The position numbers and the translations under genes are program-made. Below, in pieces: positions 28,114 through 37,871 of a DNA stretch of 40,556 nt. Under the pieces are notes generated by a model. It was not told the DNA's origin. It worked only from the letters and a program-made list of their open reading frames with translations, and made no database searches. Each line of letters starts with the position of its first letter. Position 1 is the stretch's first letter. The stretch comes from Christensenellales bacterium (GTDB taxonomy: Bacteria > Bacillota > Clostridia > Christensenellales > JBMNTQ01): contig JBMNTQ010000003.1 in assembly GCA_050945815.1 (NCBI GenBank), positions 1 to 40,556 of the forward strand, in the 5' to 3' direction.

Positions 28114-29652
28114 ATGGCGAAACGTGCGTTTATCTCTGTTTCAGACAAGAGAGGGATTGTGGAATTGGCCAAGGGCCTTGTTGATTGCGGCTATGAGATT
28201 GTTTCTACCGGCGGAACGGCTATGACCCTGGACAGCAATGCGGTGCCGATTATATCGGTTTCCGATGTAACAGGATTTCCTGAGTGTTTAGATGGGCGGG
28301 TTAAGACGCTGCATCCAAAAGTGCATGCGGGGATTCTGGCGGTCCGCGATAATGCGGAACATATGCAGGAGCTTGCGGAATTGGACATTGCGCCGATTGA
28401 TATGGTGGTGGTGAACCTCTATCCGTTTAAAGAGACCATTTTGAAGCAAAACACTACGTTTGAGGATGCCATTGAGAATATTGACATTGGGGGGCCCAGT
28501 ATGCTGCGGGCGGCCGCCAAGAATTTTCAGGATGTGGCCGTGGTTGTGGATACGGCGGATTATCCCCGGATTCTGGAGGAGCTGCGGGAGCAGGGGGAGG
28601 TTTCTCTGGCGACTAAGCACGGTCTTTGCCGGAAGGTATTTGAGCATACTGCGGCATACGACGCATTGATTTTCAGCTATTTGAGCAAGCAGGCCGGAGC
28701 GGAACTCCCGGAAAAGCTTACTCTGACCTACGAGAAGGCGCAGGAATTGCGCTATGGTGAGAACCCGCATCAGCGAGCGGTTTATTATAAGGAAATTGGG
28801 AATTTCCCGGAGTGTTTGCATGAGGCGGAGGTTTTGCACGGGAAGGAGCTTTCCTATAACAACATCAACGACGCAAACGGCGCCATTGAGCTATTAAAGG
28901 AATTTGACGAAGTGAGCTGTGTGGCCATCAAACATGCGAACCCCTGCGGTGTGGCCAGCGCCAAGACTGTGCGTGAGGCGTATATCTTGGCGCATGACGC
29001 AGACCCGATATCGATTTTTGGCGGAATTGTGGCGGTAAATGATACGGTGGATCGGGATACGGCGCTGGAGATGTGTAAGATATTTCTGGAAATCGTGGTG
29101 GCGCCGGATTATACCGATGATGCGCTGTCGGTTTTGAAATCTAAGAAAAACCTGCGTATCTTGAAGCTGCCCCAGGTAGGCAGAAAGCAACCTAAGGGCA
29201 CGCTGGATATGAAGAAGGTGGGCGGCGGCCTGTTGGTGCAGGACGCAGACCTGGAGCTTTTGCTGGGCAGCTTGTCTACTGTGACCAAACGGCAGCCTTT
29301 AGAGACGGAGCTGGAGGACATGCTGTTTGCATGGAAGATTGTGAAGCATGTGAAATCCAACGCTATTGTATTGGCCAAAGGCAAGCGTACGTTGGGCATC
29401 GGCTGTGGACAGACCAACCGTATTTGGGCGCTGGAGCAGGCGATTGAGCACAGCGGCGACGAGGTGGAGGGCGCGGTCATGGCCTCGGACGCTTTCTTCC
29501 CCTTTGATGATTGTGTGACGGTTTCGGCCAAGGCCGGTATTCGTTCTATCATACAGCCCGGCGGTTCGATTCGGGATGAGGATTCTATTAAGGCCTGTGA
29601 TAATTTTGGGCTTTCTATGGTGTTTACCAATATCAGGCATTTTAAACATTAA
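28114..29652 (+). CDS. purH: Bifunctional AICAR transformylase/IMP cyclohydrolase
   Basis: [58 protein letters not shown]. Confidence 0.98.
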   Translation: MAKRAFISVSDKRGIVELAKGLVDCGYEIVSTGGTAMTLDSNAVPIISVSDVTGFPECLDGRVKTLHPKVHAGILAVRDNAEHMQELAELDIAPIDMVVVNLYPFKETILKQNTTFEDAIENIDIGGPSMLRAAAKNFQDVAVVVDTADYPRILEELREQGEVSLATKHGLCRKVFEHTAAYDALIFSYLSKQAGAELPEKLTLTYEKAQELRYGENPHQRAVYYKEIGNFPECLHEAEVLHGKELSYNNINDANGAIELLKEFDEVSCVAIKHANPCGVASAKTVREAYILAHDADPISIFGGIVAVNDTVDRDTALEMCKIFLEIVVAPDYTDDALSVLKSKKNLRILKLPQVGRKQPKGTLDMKKVGGGLLVQDADLELLLGSLSTVTKRQPLETELEDMLFAWKIVKHVKSNAIVLAKGKRTLGIGCGQTNRIWALEQAIEHSGDEVEGAVMASDAFFPFDDCVTVSAKAGIRSIIQPGGSIRDEDSIKACDNFGLSMVFTNIRHFKH

Positions 29653-29675
29653 GGATAAGGTTGGGGTGTTGAGGG

Positions 29676-30941
29676 TTGAGGATACTTGTAGTAGGCGGCG
29701 GCGGCCGGGAGCATGCCCTGGTTTGGAAATTGGCGCGCAGCCCGAAGGTGGATGAAATATACTGTGCGCCGGGAAATGGCGGCATTGCTGATTTGGCGCA
29801 GTGTGTGGACATAGCGGCATCGGATGTGGACAGGATGGTGGAGTTTGCCGTGGAAAACGGGGTGGACTTCTGTGTGGTGGCACCGGACGACCCGTTGGCT
29901 TTGGGTATGGTGGATGAGATGCAAAAGCGGGGGATTCCTGCTTTTGGGCCGGACAAAGCGGCTGCGGAAATTGAGAGCAGCAAGGTGTTTGCCAAGGAAT
30001 TGATGCGCAAATATGGCATTCCTACAGCGGATTACGGCGTGTTTTCCCAGGAGGAGCCGGATGAGGCTTTGGCGTATGCTATCGGGATTGGATTTCCTGT
30101 GGTGGTTAAGGCGGACGGGCTTGCCCTGGGTAAGGGCGTGATGATTTGTGAAAATGAGAGCCAGGCCCGGGATGCCATTTGGGACATGACACAGAACAAA
30201 CGCTTTGGCAAGGCTGGAGAGCGTATTGTGATTGAAGAGTTTTTGAGTGGGCCGGAGGTTTCGATACTCTGTTTTACAGATGGAGATACGATGTTGCCTA
30301 TGATTAGCGCTCAGGACCATAAGCGGGCGCTGGACAATGACGGCGGGCTTAATACGGGCGGGATGGGCGCTTTTGCTCCTAGCCCCAAGTATACCCCGGA
30401 GATTGCGGACTTTGTTGAGCGCAAGATTATGCGGCCGACGATTTACGCCATGGCCCGGGAAGGGCGGCGGTTTAAGGGCGTGTTGTATTTTGGAGTGATG
30501 CTGACAAAGAGCGGGCCAAAGGTTTTGGAATATAACGCCCGTTTTGGAGACCCGGAGACGCAGGCGGTTTTGCCGCTTTTGCGCAACGACTTGATGGAGA
30601 TATTTGAGGCGGTGGAGCAGGAGCGGCTGCACGAGATCACCTTGGAATGGGAGAACGATTTTGCCGTTTGTGTGGTGATGGCGTCGGGGGGATATCCGGA
30701 GAATTATCAGACCGGGTATCCGATTCGGGGCATGGAGGATGCAGAAGCGTTGGAGAAGGTGTTGGTTTTCCATGCGGGCACCCGGAAAAAGGGTGATGCG
30801 GTTGTGACGGCGGGCGGCCGGGTTTTGGGCGTTGTGGGCCTAGGAAACAGCTTGGAGGAAGCGATGCGGTGCGGGTATGAGGGAATTGGGCGCATCCACT
30901 TTCAAGACGCGCACTATCGCACCGATATTGGGAAGAAATAG
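29676..30941 (+). CDS. purD: Phosphoribosylamine-glycine ligase
   Basis: GGGGREHAL, APGNGG, KADGLALGKGV, QDHKR, NTGGMGA, EYNARFGDPETQ, FHAGT. Confidence 0.98.
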   Translation: MRILVVGGGGREHALVWKLARSPKVDEIYCAPGNGGIADLAQCVDIAASDVDRMVEFAVENGVDFCVVAPDDPLALGMVDEMQKRGIPAFGPDKAAAEIESSKVFAKELMRKYGIPTADYGVFSQEEPDEALAYAIGIGFPVVVKADGLALGKGVMICENESQARDAIWDMTQNKRFGKAGERIVIEEFLSGPEVSILCFTDGDTMLPMISAQDHKRALDNDGGLNTGGMGAFAPSPKYTPEIADFVERKIMRPTIYAMAREGRRFKGVLYFGVMLTKSGPKVLEYNARFGDPETQAVLPLLRNDLMEIFEAVEQERLHEITLEWENDFAVCVVMASGGYPENYQTGYPIRGMEDAEALEKVLVFHAGTRKKGDAVVTAGGRVLGVVGLGNSLEEAMRCGYEGIGRIHFQDAHYRTDIGKK

Positions 30942-31089
30942 GATTGGGGCAGGAAAAGGCGTTCTTTGCCGGGTTGGGAGAAGGGCTTTTCGGATGGGCT
31001 TTCCTGCTTTAAATATCTGGAAATTTTAGGGGCATGCTGATATAATGAAACCGAGAAGAGGGCTGGATAGGACGGTGGGAGGTGTGCCT

Positions 31090-31698
31090 TTGCGCAGAGT
31101 TTTTGCAGGAATGATTGTTTTGCTGGTGATGGTGTTGGCCGGCTGTGGTGAGGATCCTTTGATTCAGCCTTCCCAGAGCGCGGCTGATTCCAAGCCGTCT
31201 GCAACGGCGCAGATTGAGGACGTTGATGGAGATGAGATCATTAAGCCTCTGCAGCCGAATCAGAGTGTTTCGGATATCCGACTGAATGCGCGGGACTGTG
31301 TTTTAGGCTTTACTCTGGGGGTGCCGGAGGAGTGGACGCTGGCGGAGGATTCTTCCCAAAGCTTTGTGATGCGGGATCGGGATCAGGGAGAGCTGGCTGT
31401 GGAGAAAGCGGCAGGCCTTGCAGGTAAGAGCCAGGAGGAGATCGTGCGGGAATATGTGGAGATGCTGCAGGGAGATGGGGTAGGCAACGTGGATGCGGCC
31501 CAGGAGCTGAGCATTGGCGGCCACAGCGCGGTTGGTTTCTTGTATTTGTCGGAGGACGAAACTAGGGATGTGTCTCGTTTTTTGATTCAGGACGGGAATA
31601 GAGTGTATGATTTTCAGTTTTCGTGCTCGGTTGACGATACACTGGACTTCTATGTCTATATGGATGCGATTTTGCAAAGCCTGAAGATAGGCGCTTAG
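31090..31698 (+). CDS. Acidic lipoprotein, possible PsbP/DcrB-like fold
   Basis: TTG start after GGAGGTG; signal peptide with lipobox VLAG|C; FTLGVPEEW and IGGHSAV...NRVYDFQFS...ILQSLK patterns resemble the Mog1p/PsbP-like fold (inference). Confidence 0.7.
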   Translation: MRRVFAGMIVLLVMVLAGCGEDPLIQPSQSAADSKPSATAQIEDVDGDEIIKPLQPNQSVSDIRLNARDCVLGFTLGVPEEWTLAEDSSQSFVMRDRDQGELAVEKAAGLAGKSQEEIVREYVEMLQGDGVGNVDAAQELSIGGHSAVGFLYLSEDETRDVSRFLIQDGNRVYDFQFSCSVDDTLDFYVYMDAILQSLKIGA

Positions 31699-31761
31699 AG
31701 GGGCAGGAGGCGGACGGCTTGTTTGGATTTTCGTGAGAAGCATAGCCTTTTTGAGCATGAG

Positions 31762-31790
31762 AAAGGAGCGGGCAAGCCGCTCCTTTTATT
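31762..31790. terminator. Probable bidirectional terminator between the convergent lipoprotein gene and dapB
   Basis: AAAGGAGCGG-GCAAG-CCGCTCCTTT with flanking A/T runs. Confidence 0.8.
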
Positions 31791-31798
31791 ATTTTGGT

Positions 31799-32554
31799 TT
31801 ATTTGGCTGTGCTGACGATACTGTGCATGTCGTAGAGGCCCGGATCTCGGCCGAACAGGAATTCCGCTGCCCTGCAGGCGCCGTGGGCGAAAACCATGCG
31901 GGATTCAGCTTTGTGGGTGATTTCTATGATTTCGTTATCTCCTAGGAAAAGCACTTGGTGTTCCCCGACGACGGTGCCGCCGCGTACGGCATGGATGCCA
32001 ATTTCACTTTGGCGCTTTTCTGACCGGCCGTGGCGTCCGAATACGTAACCTTTGTCGTTGCTGAATATTTCGCTTATGCCGTCGGCCAGCAGCAGCGCCG
32101 TGCCGCTGGGGGCATCGGTTTTCATGCGGTGGTGCTTTTCTACGATTTCGATATCGAAGCGTTCGCCGAAGAAGGCCGCTGTAATCTTTGCAAGCTCGAG
32201 CTGGAGGTTGACGCCTAGGGACATGTTGGCACTTTTGAAAATGGGTATTTCCTGGGCGCATTGGGCGATATAGTCGATCTCTTCTTCCGAAAAGCCTGTG
32301 GTGGCGATGACGGCGGGGAGCTTTTTTGAACGGCAGTATTCCAAAATGCTGCGGATGGCACTGGGGCGGGAGAAATCGATGAGCACGTCGCTGGAACCTT
32401 CGTATTGACGGATGGTTTCATAGACGGGGAAGCCCATCGCAACATCGCCTTTTTGGCTGTCGATACCGGCGGCAATTTCAAAGCCGCGTTTTTGGGCGAC
32501 GGTAATTAGTTCCTTGCCCATTTTTCCGTAGATGCCGTTTATAATGATTTTCAT
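31799..32554 (-). CDS. dapB: 4-hydroxy-tetrahydrodipicolinate reductase
   Basis: GIYGKMG, IDFS, ATTG, SANMSLG, EKHHRMKTDAPSGTA, RGGTVVGEH. Confidence 0.97.
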   Translation of the reverse strand: MKIIINGIYGKMGKELITVAQKRGFEIAAGIDSQKGDVAMGFPVYETIRQYEGSSDVLIDFSRPSAIRSILEYCRSKKLPAVIATTGFSEEEIDYIAQCAQEIPIFKSANMSLGVNLQLELAKITAAFFGERFDIEIVEKHHRMKTDAPSGTALLLADGISEIFSNDKGYVFGRHGRSEKRQSEIGIHAVRGGTVVGEHQVLFLGDNEIIEITHKAESRMVFAHGACRAAEFLFGRDPGLYDMHSIVSTAK

Positions 32555-32588
32555 AAGAGATCCATCCTTTGTTAATTGGGCGTATTGA

Positions 32589-33476
32589 TTACGCGAGAGT
32601 TAGCCCGTAGTTGACCATCGCTTGTTTCAGATAGTCGACATGGCCGCTTTCAAGGGGCGTCAGCGGAAGGCGCGGCGACCCCATATTGAAGCCCATGAGG
32701 GTTAAGGCCATTTTTATAGGGATGGGGTTGACCTCGCAAAAGAGGGCTGCGCATAATTCCAGCGCGCCTAACTGCAACGCCCGGCTGCCCTGGATATCGC
32801 CGCGCTTGTATAAGGCGACCATATCGTGCATGACCTGGGGAATGATGTTGCCCATCACCGAGATGACACCCACCGCACCGACTGACAGCATGGGGACGAT
32901 ATGGTCGTCGTTGCCGGAGTAGATGGCGATTTTGTCCGCGCACAGGGCGCAGAGCTTGGTGATTTGGCTGATGTTGCCGCTGGCTTCCTTCGTGCCGTAG
33001 ATGTTGGGGTGTTCTGCAAGAGCGGCCATGGTTTCCGGCAGCATATTGACCCCGGTGCGCGACGGAACATTATAGGCGATGATCGGGAGGGCTACAGCGT
33101 CGGCTAGGGCGCTGTAGTGGGCAATCAGCCCCTTTTGGGTGCATCGGTTGTAGTAAGGGGTGACGACTAAAAGGGCGTCTGCCCCGATTTTCTGAGCGAT
33201 CAGCGAATCTTCGATGACTTTGGTTGTATGGTTGCCGCCGGTGCCTGCCACCACCGGAACCCTACCGTTTACTGTATCTACGCATACTTCTATAGCCGTT
33301 TGCTTTTCCTGGGCTGTCATGGTGGAGGGCTCGCCGGTGGTTCCGCAGACAATGGCGGCGTCGCAGCCGTTTTTCACTTGGAATTCAATGAGTTGTTTAA
33401 ACACGCTTTGGTTGACGCCATTTTCAGTGAAAGGCGTAGATAAGGCAGTGCCGCTGCCTTCAAACAGGCATTTCAT
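32589..33476 (-). CDS. dapA: 4-hydroxy-tetrahydrodipicolinate synthase
   Basis: GTTGE, VTPYYN, YNVPSRTG, KEASG, SGND, NPIPIK. Confidence 0.97.
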   Translation of the reverse strand: MKCLFEGSGTALSTPFTENGVNQSVFKQLIEFQVKNGCDAAIVCGTTGEPSTMTAQEKQTAIEVCVDTVNGRVPVVAGTGGNHTTKVIEDSLIAQKIGADALLVVTPYYNRCTQKGLIAHYSALADAVALPIIAYNVPSRTGVNMLPETMAALAEHPNIYGTKEASGNISQITKLCALCADKIAIYSGNDDHIVPMLSVGAVGVISVMGNIIPQVMHDMVALYKRGDIQGSRALQLGALELCAALFCEVNPIPIKMALTLMGFNMGSPRLPLTPLESGHVDYLKQAMVNYGLTLA

Positions 33477-33512
33477 GATGCTCCACGCTCCCTTTCTTGC
33501 CGCTAGAGGGTT

Positions 33513-34514
33513 TTAGTTGCTTTGTTGGCGGATAATTTCCTGTGCGATTTGTACGGTGTTGGTTGCTGCTCCCTTGCGGATATTGTCGGCTACAACCCAG
33601 AGGTTGACACCATGATCCACACTGTCGTCCCGGCGGATGCGCCCGACAAACACGTCGTCTTTGTCTTGGGCATGGATGGGCATGGGATAGACGTTGTTGG
33701 AGACATCGTCTTCTACGACCAGGCCGGGGAAACTGGAGAGCTTTGATGTGAGCTCTGCCAGATCGAAGGGGGATTTGAGCTCTACGTTGATGGATTCGCT
33801 GTGACCATGGAAAACCGGTACGCGAACGGTGGTTGCTGTAATGCGTAATGAGGGGTCGCCCAGAATTTTACGGGTTTCCTCGATCATTTTTTGTTCTTCT
33901 TTGGTGTAGCCGTTTTCCAGAAATACGTCAATATGCGGCAGGCAGTTGGCGAAAATGGGATGGGGGAACTTTGAAGGCGGCTGGCCTGTAAGGCCGTTTT
34001 GCAGGTCGTTGTAGCCTTCTACCCCTGCGCCGGATACGGCCTGATAGGTGGAATAAACGATGCGCTTGATGCCATAGGCATCGTAGAGCGGTTTGAGCGC
34101 TACCACCGCCTGCGTGGTGGAGCAGTTGGGGTTGGCGATGATGCCGTTGTGCAGCGCGATGTCGTTTGGGTTGACCTCCGGAACCACCAGGGGCACTTGA
34201 GGATCCATCCGCCATTGGCTGGAATTATCAACGACTACAATGCCTTTGGAAACGGCAATGGGGGCGAACTGTTTGCTGATGGAGCCGCCTGCTGAAAACA
34301 GGGCGATATCGATGTTTTTGTTGTCGAAGCAGGTGGGTGTCAGCTCTTCTACGGTAAGCTTTTTGCCCATAAGCTCTATTTCTGTACCGGCAGAGCGGCG
34401 AGATGCGAACAGGTAATAGTTTTCGACCGGCAGTTGCCGCTCGGAGAGAACTTGCAGAATTTTGCGTCCGACCATGCCGGTGGCGCCTACGACCGCGATG
34501 TTGTACTGTCTCAC
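33513..34514 (-). CDS. asd: Aspartate-semialdehyde dehydrogenase
   Basis: VGATGMVG, DNSS.WRM, ANPNCST, QAVSGAG, RVPVFHGHS, DNIRKGAA. The true start is GTG 34514 after GGAGGT; the ORF-track extension runs through the riboswitch. Confidence 0.97.
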   Translation of the reverse strand: MRQYNIAVVGATGMVGRKILQVLSERQLPVENYYLFASRRSAGTEIELMGKKLTVEELTPTCFDNKNIDIALFSAGGSISKQFAPIAVSKGIVVVDNSSQWRMDPQVPLVVPEVNPNDIALHNGIIANPNCSTTQAVVALKPLYDAYGIKRIVYSTYQAVSGAGVEGYNDLQNGLTGQPPSKFPHPIFANCLPHIDVFLENGYTKEEQKMIEETRKILGDPSLRITATTVRVPVFHGHSESINVELKSPFDLAELTSKLSSFPGLVVEDDVSNNVYPMPIHAQDKDDVFVGRIRRDDSVDHGVNLWVVADNIRKGAATNTVQIAQEIIRQQSN

Positions 34515-34540
34515 GAAAAAAACCTCCAGATAAGATTTAA

Positions 34541-34572
34541 GAGTATAAAATAAGCAGCACATTTGCGCTGCT
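34541..34572 (-). terminator. Riboswitch-controlled intrinsic terminator upstream of asd
   Basis: Minus strand AGCAGCGC-AAAT-GTGCTGCT-TATTTTAT. Confidence 0.75.
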
Positions 34573-34595
34573 GTAGGATAAAACAAAAGTTTTAT

Positions 34596-34790
34596 TGCAA
34601 CAGATAGCGCCACACCAACGTAGGAAGTTGATGTGAGTGGCACGTCATTTCGGCGTACCCCCAGGAAACATAGCCCGAACCCTGTTGTTTCCTTCGGCGC
34701 TTGACCCTTTCCCGGCAAACGGTTTGTGCGGCTGATTCGGCAGCCTTGCCGTGCGGTACTGATGTGAAGCGCACCTCTAACCTGTAACTG
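34596..34790 (-). ncRNA. Lysine (L-box) riboswitch aptamer
   Basis: Minus strand AGAGGTGC..ATCAGTA..GAAAGG..GCCGAA..CTGGG..GAAAT..ACT..GCGCTATC; P1 ACAGGT/ATCTGT; kissing loops CCGAAT/GTTCGG; upstream of asd-dapA-dapB. Confidence 0.92.
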
Positions 34791-34804
34791 TCTATTTGAA
34801 ATTT

Positions 34805-34833
34805 ATCATATCACCTCAGCGCGCCTGTGTCAA
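34805..34833 (-). promoter_or_regulatory. SigA promoter of the riboswitch-asd-dapA-dapB operon
   Basis: TTGACA-17 bp-TATGAT with extended TG. Confidence 0.85.
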
Positions 34834-34989
34834 ACTTATTCCTTGGATCCTTGGATTTTGTTGATGGGAAGGCTTGGGGCTTTTCTTATGAGATGATTTA
34901 GGATATTATATGAAGTATGATTGGGTTTGTGCGGCAAGGGCCTTATTTTCTTGGCCGATTGTCCAAACGAAGCGAAAGGAAGGATATGG

Positions 34990-36120
34990 ATGGAGCGATC
35001 TCCTATGACGCTGTCGTATCAGCCGTTTTTATCAGAATGCCGCCGGGAGCTGCACCGGATTCCAGAGCTGCCTTATAAGGAATATAAAACCCAGCGTTAT
35101 ATCGCTTCTGTTTTGGAGGAGCTGGGTGTTGAATGGAAGCCTGTGGCGCAAACCGGCATACAGGCTGTGATACGCAGCGAAGGCGCTAAAGAGACGCTGG
35201 CTTTTCGGGCGGATATGGATGGGTTGGCAGTTTTAGAGCCGGCAGGCAAGCCCTTTTGCTCGGCTCATGAAGGATATATGCACGCCTGCGGCCATGACGG
35301 GCATATGGCGACACTTTTGGGGCTGGCGAAGATGTGTGCCGAGCATCGGGATAAGCTGGCCTACCATGTGGTTTTTCTGTTTCAGCCGGCGGAGGAGGGC
35401 TGCGGCGGGGCGAAGAATATGGTAAGTGAGGGCGTTTTGCAGGACCCGCCGGTGGATCGGGTATATGGTTTTCATTTGTGGCCGGGGATTCCTGTGGGTA
35501 AAGTTGGGTGTAAGGCCGGCCCTATTATGGCGCACACCAGTGAGTTTGTGATTACTCTGCTGGGCGAAAGCGCCCATGGCGCTATGCCCCATCTGGGGAT
35601 TGACGCTGTTATGGCGGCGGCGCGGGTGATTCATAATTTGCAGGGGATCGTGACCAGAAATGTAGACCCGTTTGAGAAGGCTTTGATTAGCATCGGGAAG
35701 GTGAGCGCCGGAAGCGCCGCCAATATCATCGCGGAAAAGGCTGTGTTGGAGGGGATTTTGCGCACGTTTAACGACGAGGTTTCCCAACGTATTCAGCAAC
35801 GTATTCAGGAAGTTTTGCGCGGCGAGAGGGTGGGCTTTGGGATGGAGGCGTCTATTCGGTATTTGGTGGAATATCCGGCGGTGGTCAACCCGGAGGAATT
35901 GGTGAATGGGCTGTATGAGCTGGTGGGGCCGGACAGCTTTGTATGGGTGCAGGAGCAGATGACTGCGGAGGATTTTTCTTTCTTTCAGAAAGCGGTGCCG
36001 GGGCTTTACTTTTTCCTGGGCGCCGGTGAGGGTGCGCCATTGCACAGCGAGGCGTTTGATTTTGACGAGACGGCGTTGGGCGTGGGGCTGGAGGTTTACA
36101 GGCGTATTTTGGAGCTTTAG
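34990..36120 (+). CDS. M20D amidohydrolase, candidate N-acetyl-diaminopimelate deacetylase
   Basis: RRELHRIPEL, FRADMDGL, MHACGHDGH, FQPAEEG, AHGA.PH, EDFS, LHS; divergent from the dap operon. Confidence 0.85.
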   Translation: MERSPMTLSYQPFLSECRRELHRIPELPYKEYKTQRYIASVLEELGVEWKPVAQTGIQAVIRSEGAKETLAFRADMDGLAVLEPAGKPFCSAHEGYMHACGHDGHMATLLGLAKMCAEHRDKLAYHVVFLFQPAEEGCGGAKNMVSEGVLQDPPVDRVYGFHLWPGIPVGKVGCKAGPIMAHTSEFVITLLGESAHGAMPHLGIDAVMAAARVIHNLQGIVTRNVDPFEKALISIGKVSAGSAANIIAEKAVLEGILRTFNDEVSQRIQQRIQEVLRGERVGFGMEASIRYLVEYPAVVNPEELVNGLYELVGPDSFVWVQEQMTAEDFSFFQKAVPGLYFFLGAGEGAPLHSEAFDFDETALGVGLEVYRRILEL

Positions 36121-36146
36121 GGGCCTGACCGGAAAGGAGACTCCGG

Positions 36147-36887
36147 ATGAATTATAGCGAGCTGGCTTTTGTGTATGACCAGTTGGCCGATGATTATGAT
36201 TATACGGCTTGGGCGGACTTTTATCGGACAGCGTTTGAGCGCTGGGGGAAGATGGGAAAGCTGCGCATTTTAGACGCAGCTTGCGGTACCGGGAATATGA
36301 CGCTGGCTCTGGCTGCTTTGGGGCATGATGTGGTGGGCGTGGACGTGAGCAATGAGATGTTGCAGATTGCGGCGGCTAAACTGCGCGCCCACGGCTACAA
36401 AGTGCCGCTGGCTCGGATGGATATTCGGGAGCTGAGGCTGCACAGGCCGGTGGACGCTGTTGTTTGTGCTTGCGACGGCGTGAACTACCTTACGTCGTTG
36501 GAGGATGTTTCCCGCTTTTTTGCCGGCGCTGCAGAGCTTTTGACAGCGGGAGGGTTGTTGGTGTTTGATATCAGCACGCCGTATAAGCTGGAGCGTATGC
36601 AGGATACTCTCTACTCGGAGGAGCGGGAGGATGTGGTTTATATTTGGCGCAACTGTTTTGATGAGAAAAGCCGGCGATTGCATATGGACGTAACGCTGTT
36701 TGTTCGGGAGGGGCGGCTGTTTCGCCGGGCGGAGGAGCTGCATGTGCAGCGGGCGCACCGGGAAGAGGAGCTGGAGCCTTTGCTAGAAGGCAGTGGGTTT
36801 CGTGTTTTGGCGAAGAGCGGCGGCTTTGATTTTGAGCGGCCGGCAGCACAGGATTTGCGGCTGCATATTATTTGTGAAAAAATATAG
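36147..36887 (+). CDS. Class I SAM-dependent methyltransferase (YqeM-like)
   Basis: Y..LA.VYD.L, ILDAACGTG, GVDVS.EML, CDGVNY, GGLLVFD. Confidence 0.88.
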   Translation: MNYSELAFVYDQLADDYDYTAWADFYRTAFERWGKMGKLRILDAACGTGNMTLALAALGHDVVGVDVSNEMLQIAAAKLRAHGYKVPLARMDIRELRLHRPVDAVVCACDGVNYLTSLEDVSRFFAGAAELLTAGGLLVFDISTPYKLERMQDTLYSEEREDVVYIWRNCFDEKSRRLHMDVTLFVREGRLFRRAEELHVQRAHREEELEPLLEGSGFRVLAKSGGFDFERPAAQDLRLHIICEKI

Positions 36888-36899
36888 AAGGCGGATTGT

Positions 36900-37793
36900 A
36901 TGGCAGAGAAAGATAAGATTGTAAGAATGACTTTAATGGACGGAGAGGTTTCGGTGTTGGCCAGCCGCACCACGCAGTTGGTGGATGAGGCTAAGAAGAT
37001 ACATGACTTGACCAATGTTTGTACGGCGGCACTGGGCAGAACCTTGACGGCAGCGGCTATGATGTGCTGCGGCATGAAGCGGGACGCCGACAGCATGACT
37101 GCGGTGATTCGGGGCGATGGGCCGATTGGCGGGATTGTGGTATCCGGCGATGGCGCTTTGCGGCTGCGGGGCTATGTATATCACCCTCGGGCTGACGTGC
37201 CCAATAAGGCTGAGGGGAAGCTGGATGTGGGCGGCGTTGTCGGCAACGGTACGCTGATGGTGCTGAAGGATCTGGGGTTGAAGGAGCCTTATTCCGGGCA
37301 GGTTGACTTGGTTTCCGGCGAGATTGCCGAGGATTTTGCCCAATATTTTGCTTTGTCGGAGCAGCAGAGAAACGCTGTTTCTTTGGGCGTTCTGGTGAAG
37401 GAGGATGTTCTTGGCGCAGGCGGAGTGATCGTGGCGCCTATGCCGGGTTGCGGGGAGGCGCTGTTGCAGGAGGTGCAGGACAGGATTGGGGAATTTTATG
37501 GTATCAGCTCGATGCTGAGCCGAGGAGAGCAGCCGGAGGAGATTGTGGAGCGGGTTTTCAGGCCCCTTAGACCCAAGCTTTTGGACCAGCGTTTTCCTGT
37601 GTATTCCTGCAACTGTTCTCAGGAGCGGTTGGAGCAGGTGATATTGAGTATGGGCGCGCAAGAGATTCGGGATATGATTGACCAGGACGGCGGAGCGGAA
37701 GTGCATTGCCATTTTTGCAATCAGATTTTCCAGTTTTCTGGCGGGCAATTGGAGGCTTTACTGGAAAGGGCGACTTCGGGAGAGCCGATGTGA
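36900..37793 (+). CDS. hslO: Redox-regulated chaperone Hsp33
   Basis: AALGRTLT, GDGPIG, KLDVG..VG, SGEIAED...YF..SEQ, zinc motif CNC...CHFC. Confidence 0.97.
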   Translation: MAEKDKIVRMTLMDGEVSVLASRTTQLVDEAKKIHDLTNVCTAALGRTLTAAAMMCCGMKRDADSMTAVIRGDGPIGGIVVSGDGALRLRGYVYHPRADVPNKAEGKLDVGGVVGNGTLMVLKDLGLKEPYSGQVDLVSGEIAEDFAQYFALSEQQRNAVSLGVLVKEDVLGAGGVIVAPMPGCGEALLQEVQDRIGEFYGISSMLSRGEQPEEIVERVFRPLRPKLLDQRFPVYSCNCSQERLEQVILSMGAQEIRDMIDQDGGAEVHCHFCNQIFQFSGGQLEALLERATSGEPM

Positions 37794-37871
37794 TATAATG
37801 GATAGTGTTAATGGAATGATGTTTCTCGGCTGTGGGTGGGGAACGATTCACCCAGGAAACGGAGAGAAGAT

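Noticed and set aside
34515-34718. 68-aa N-terminal extension of Asd in the ORF track
   Set aside because: It runs through the riboswitch and terminator; the real start is GTG 34514 with a GGAGGT RBS.
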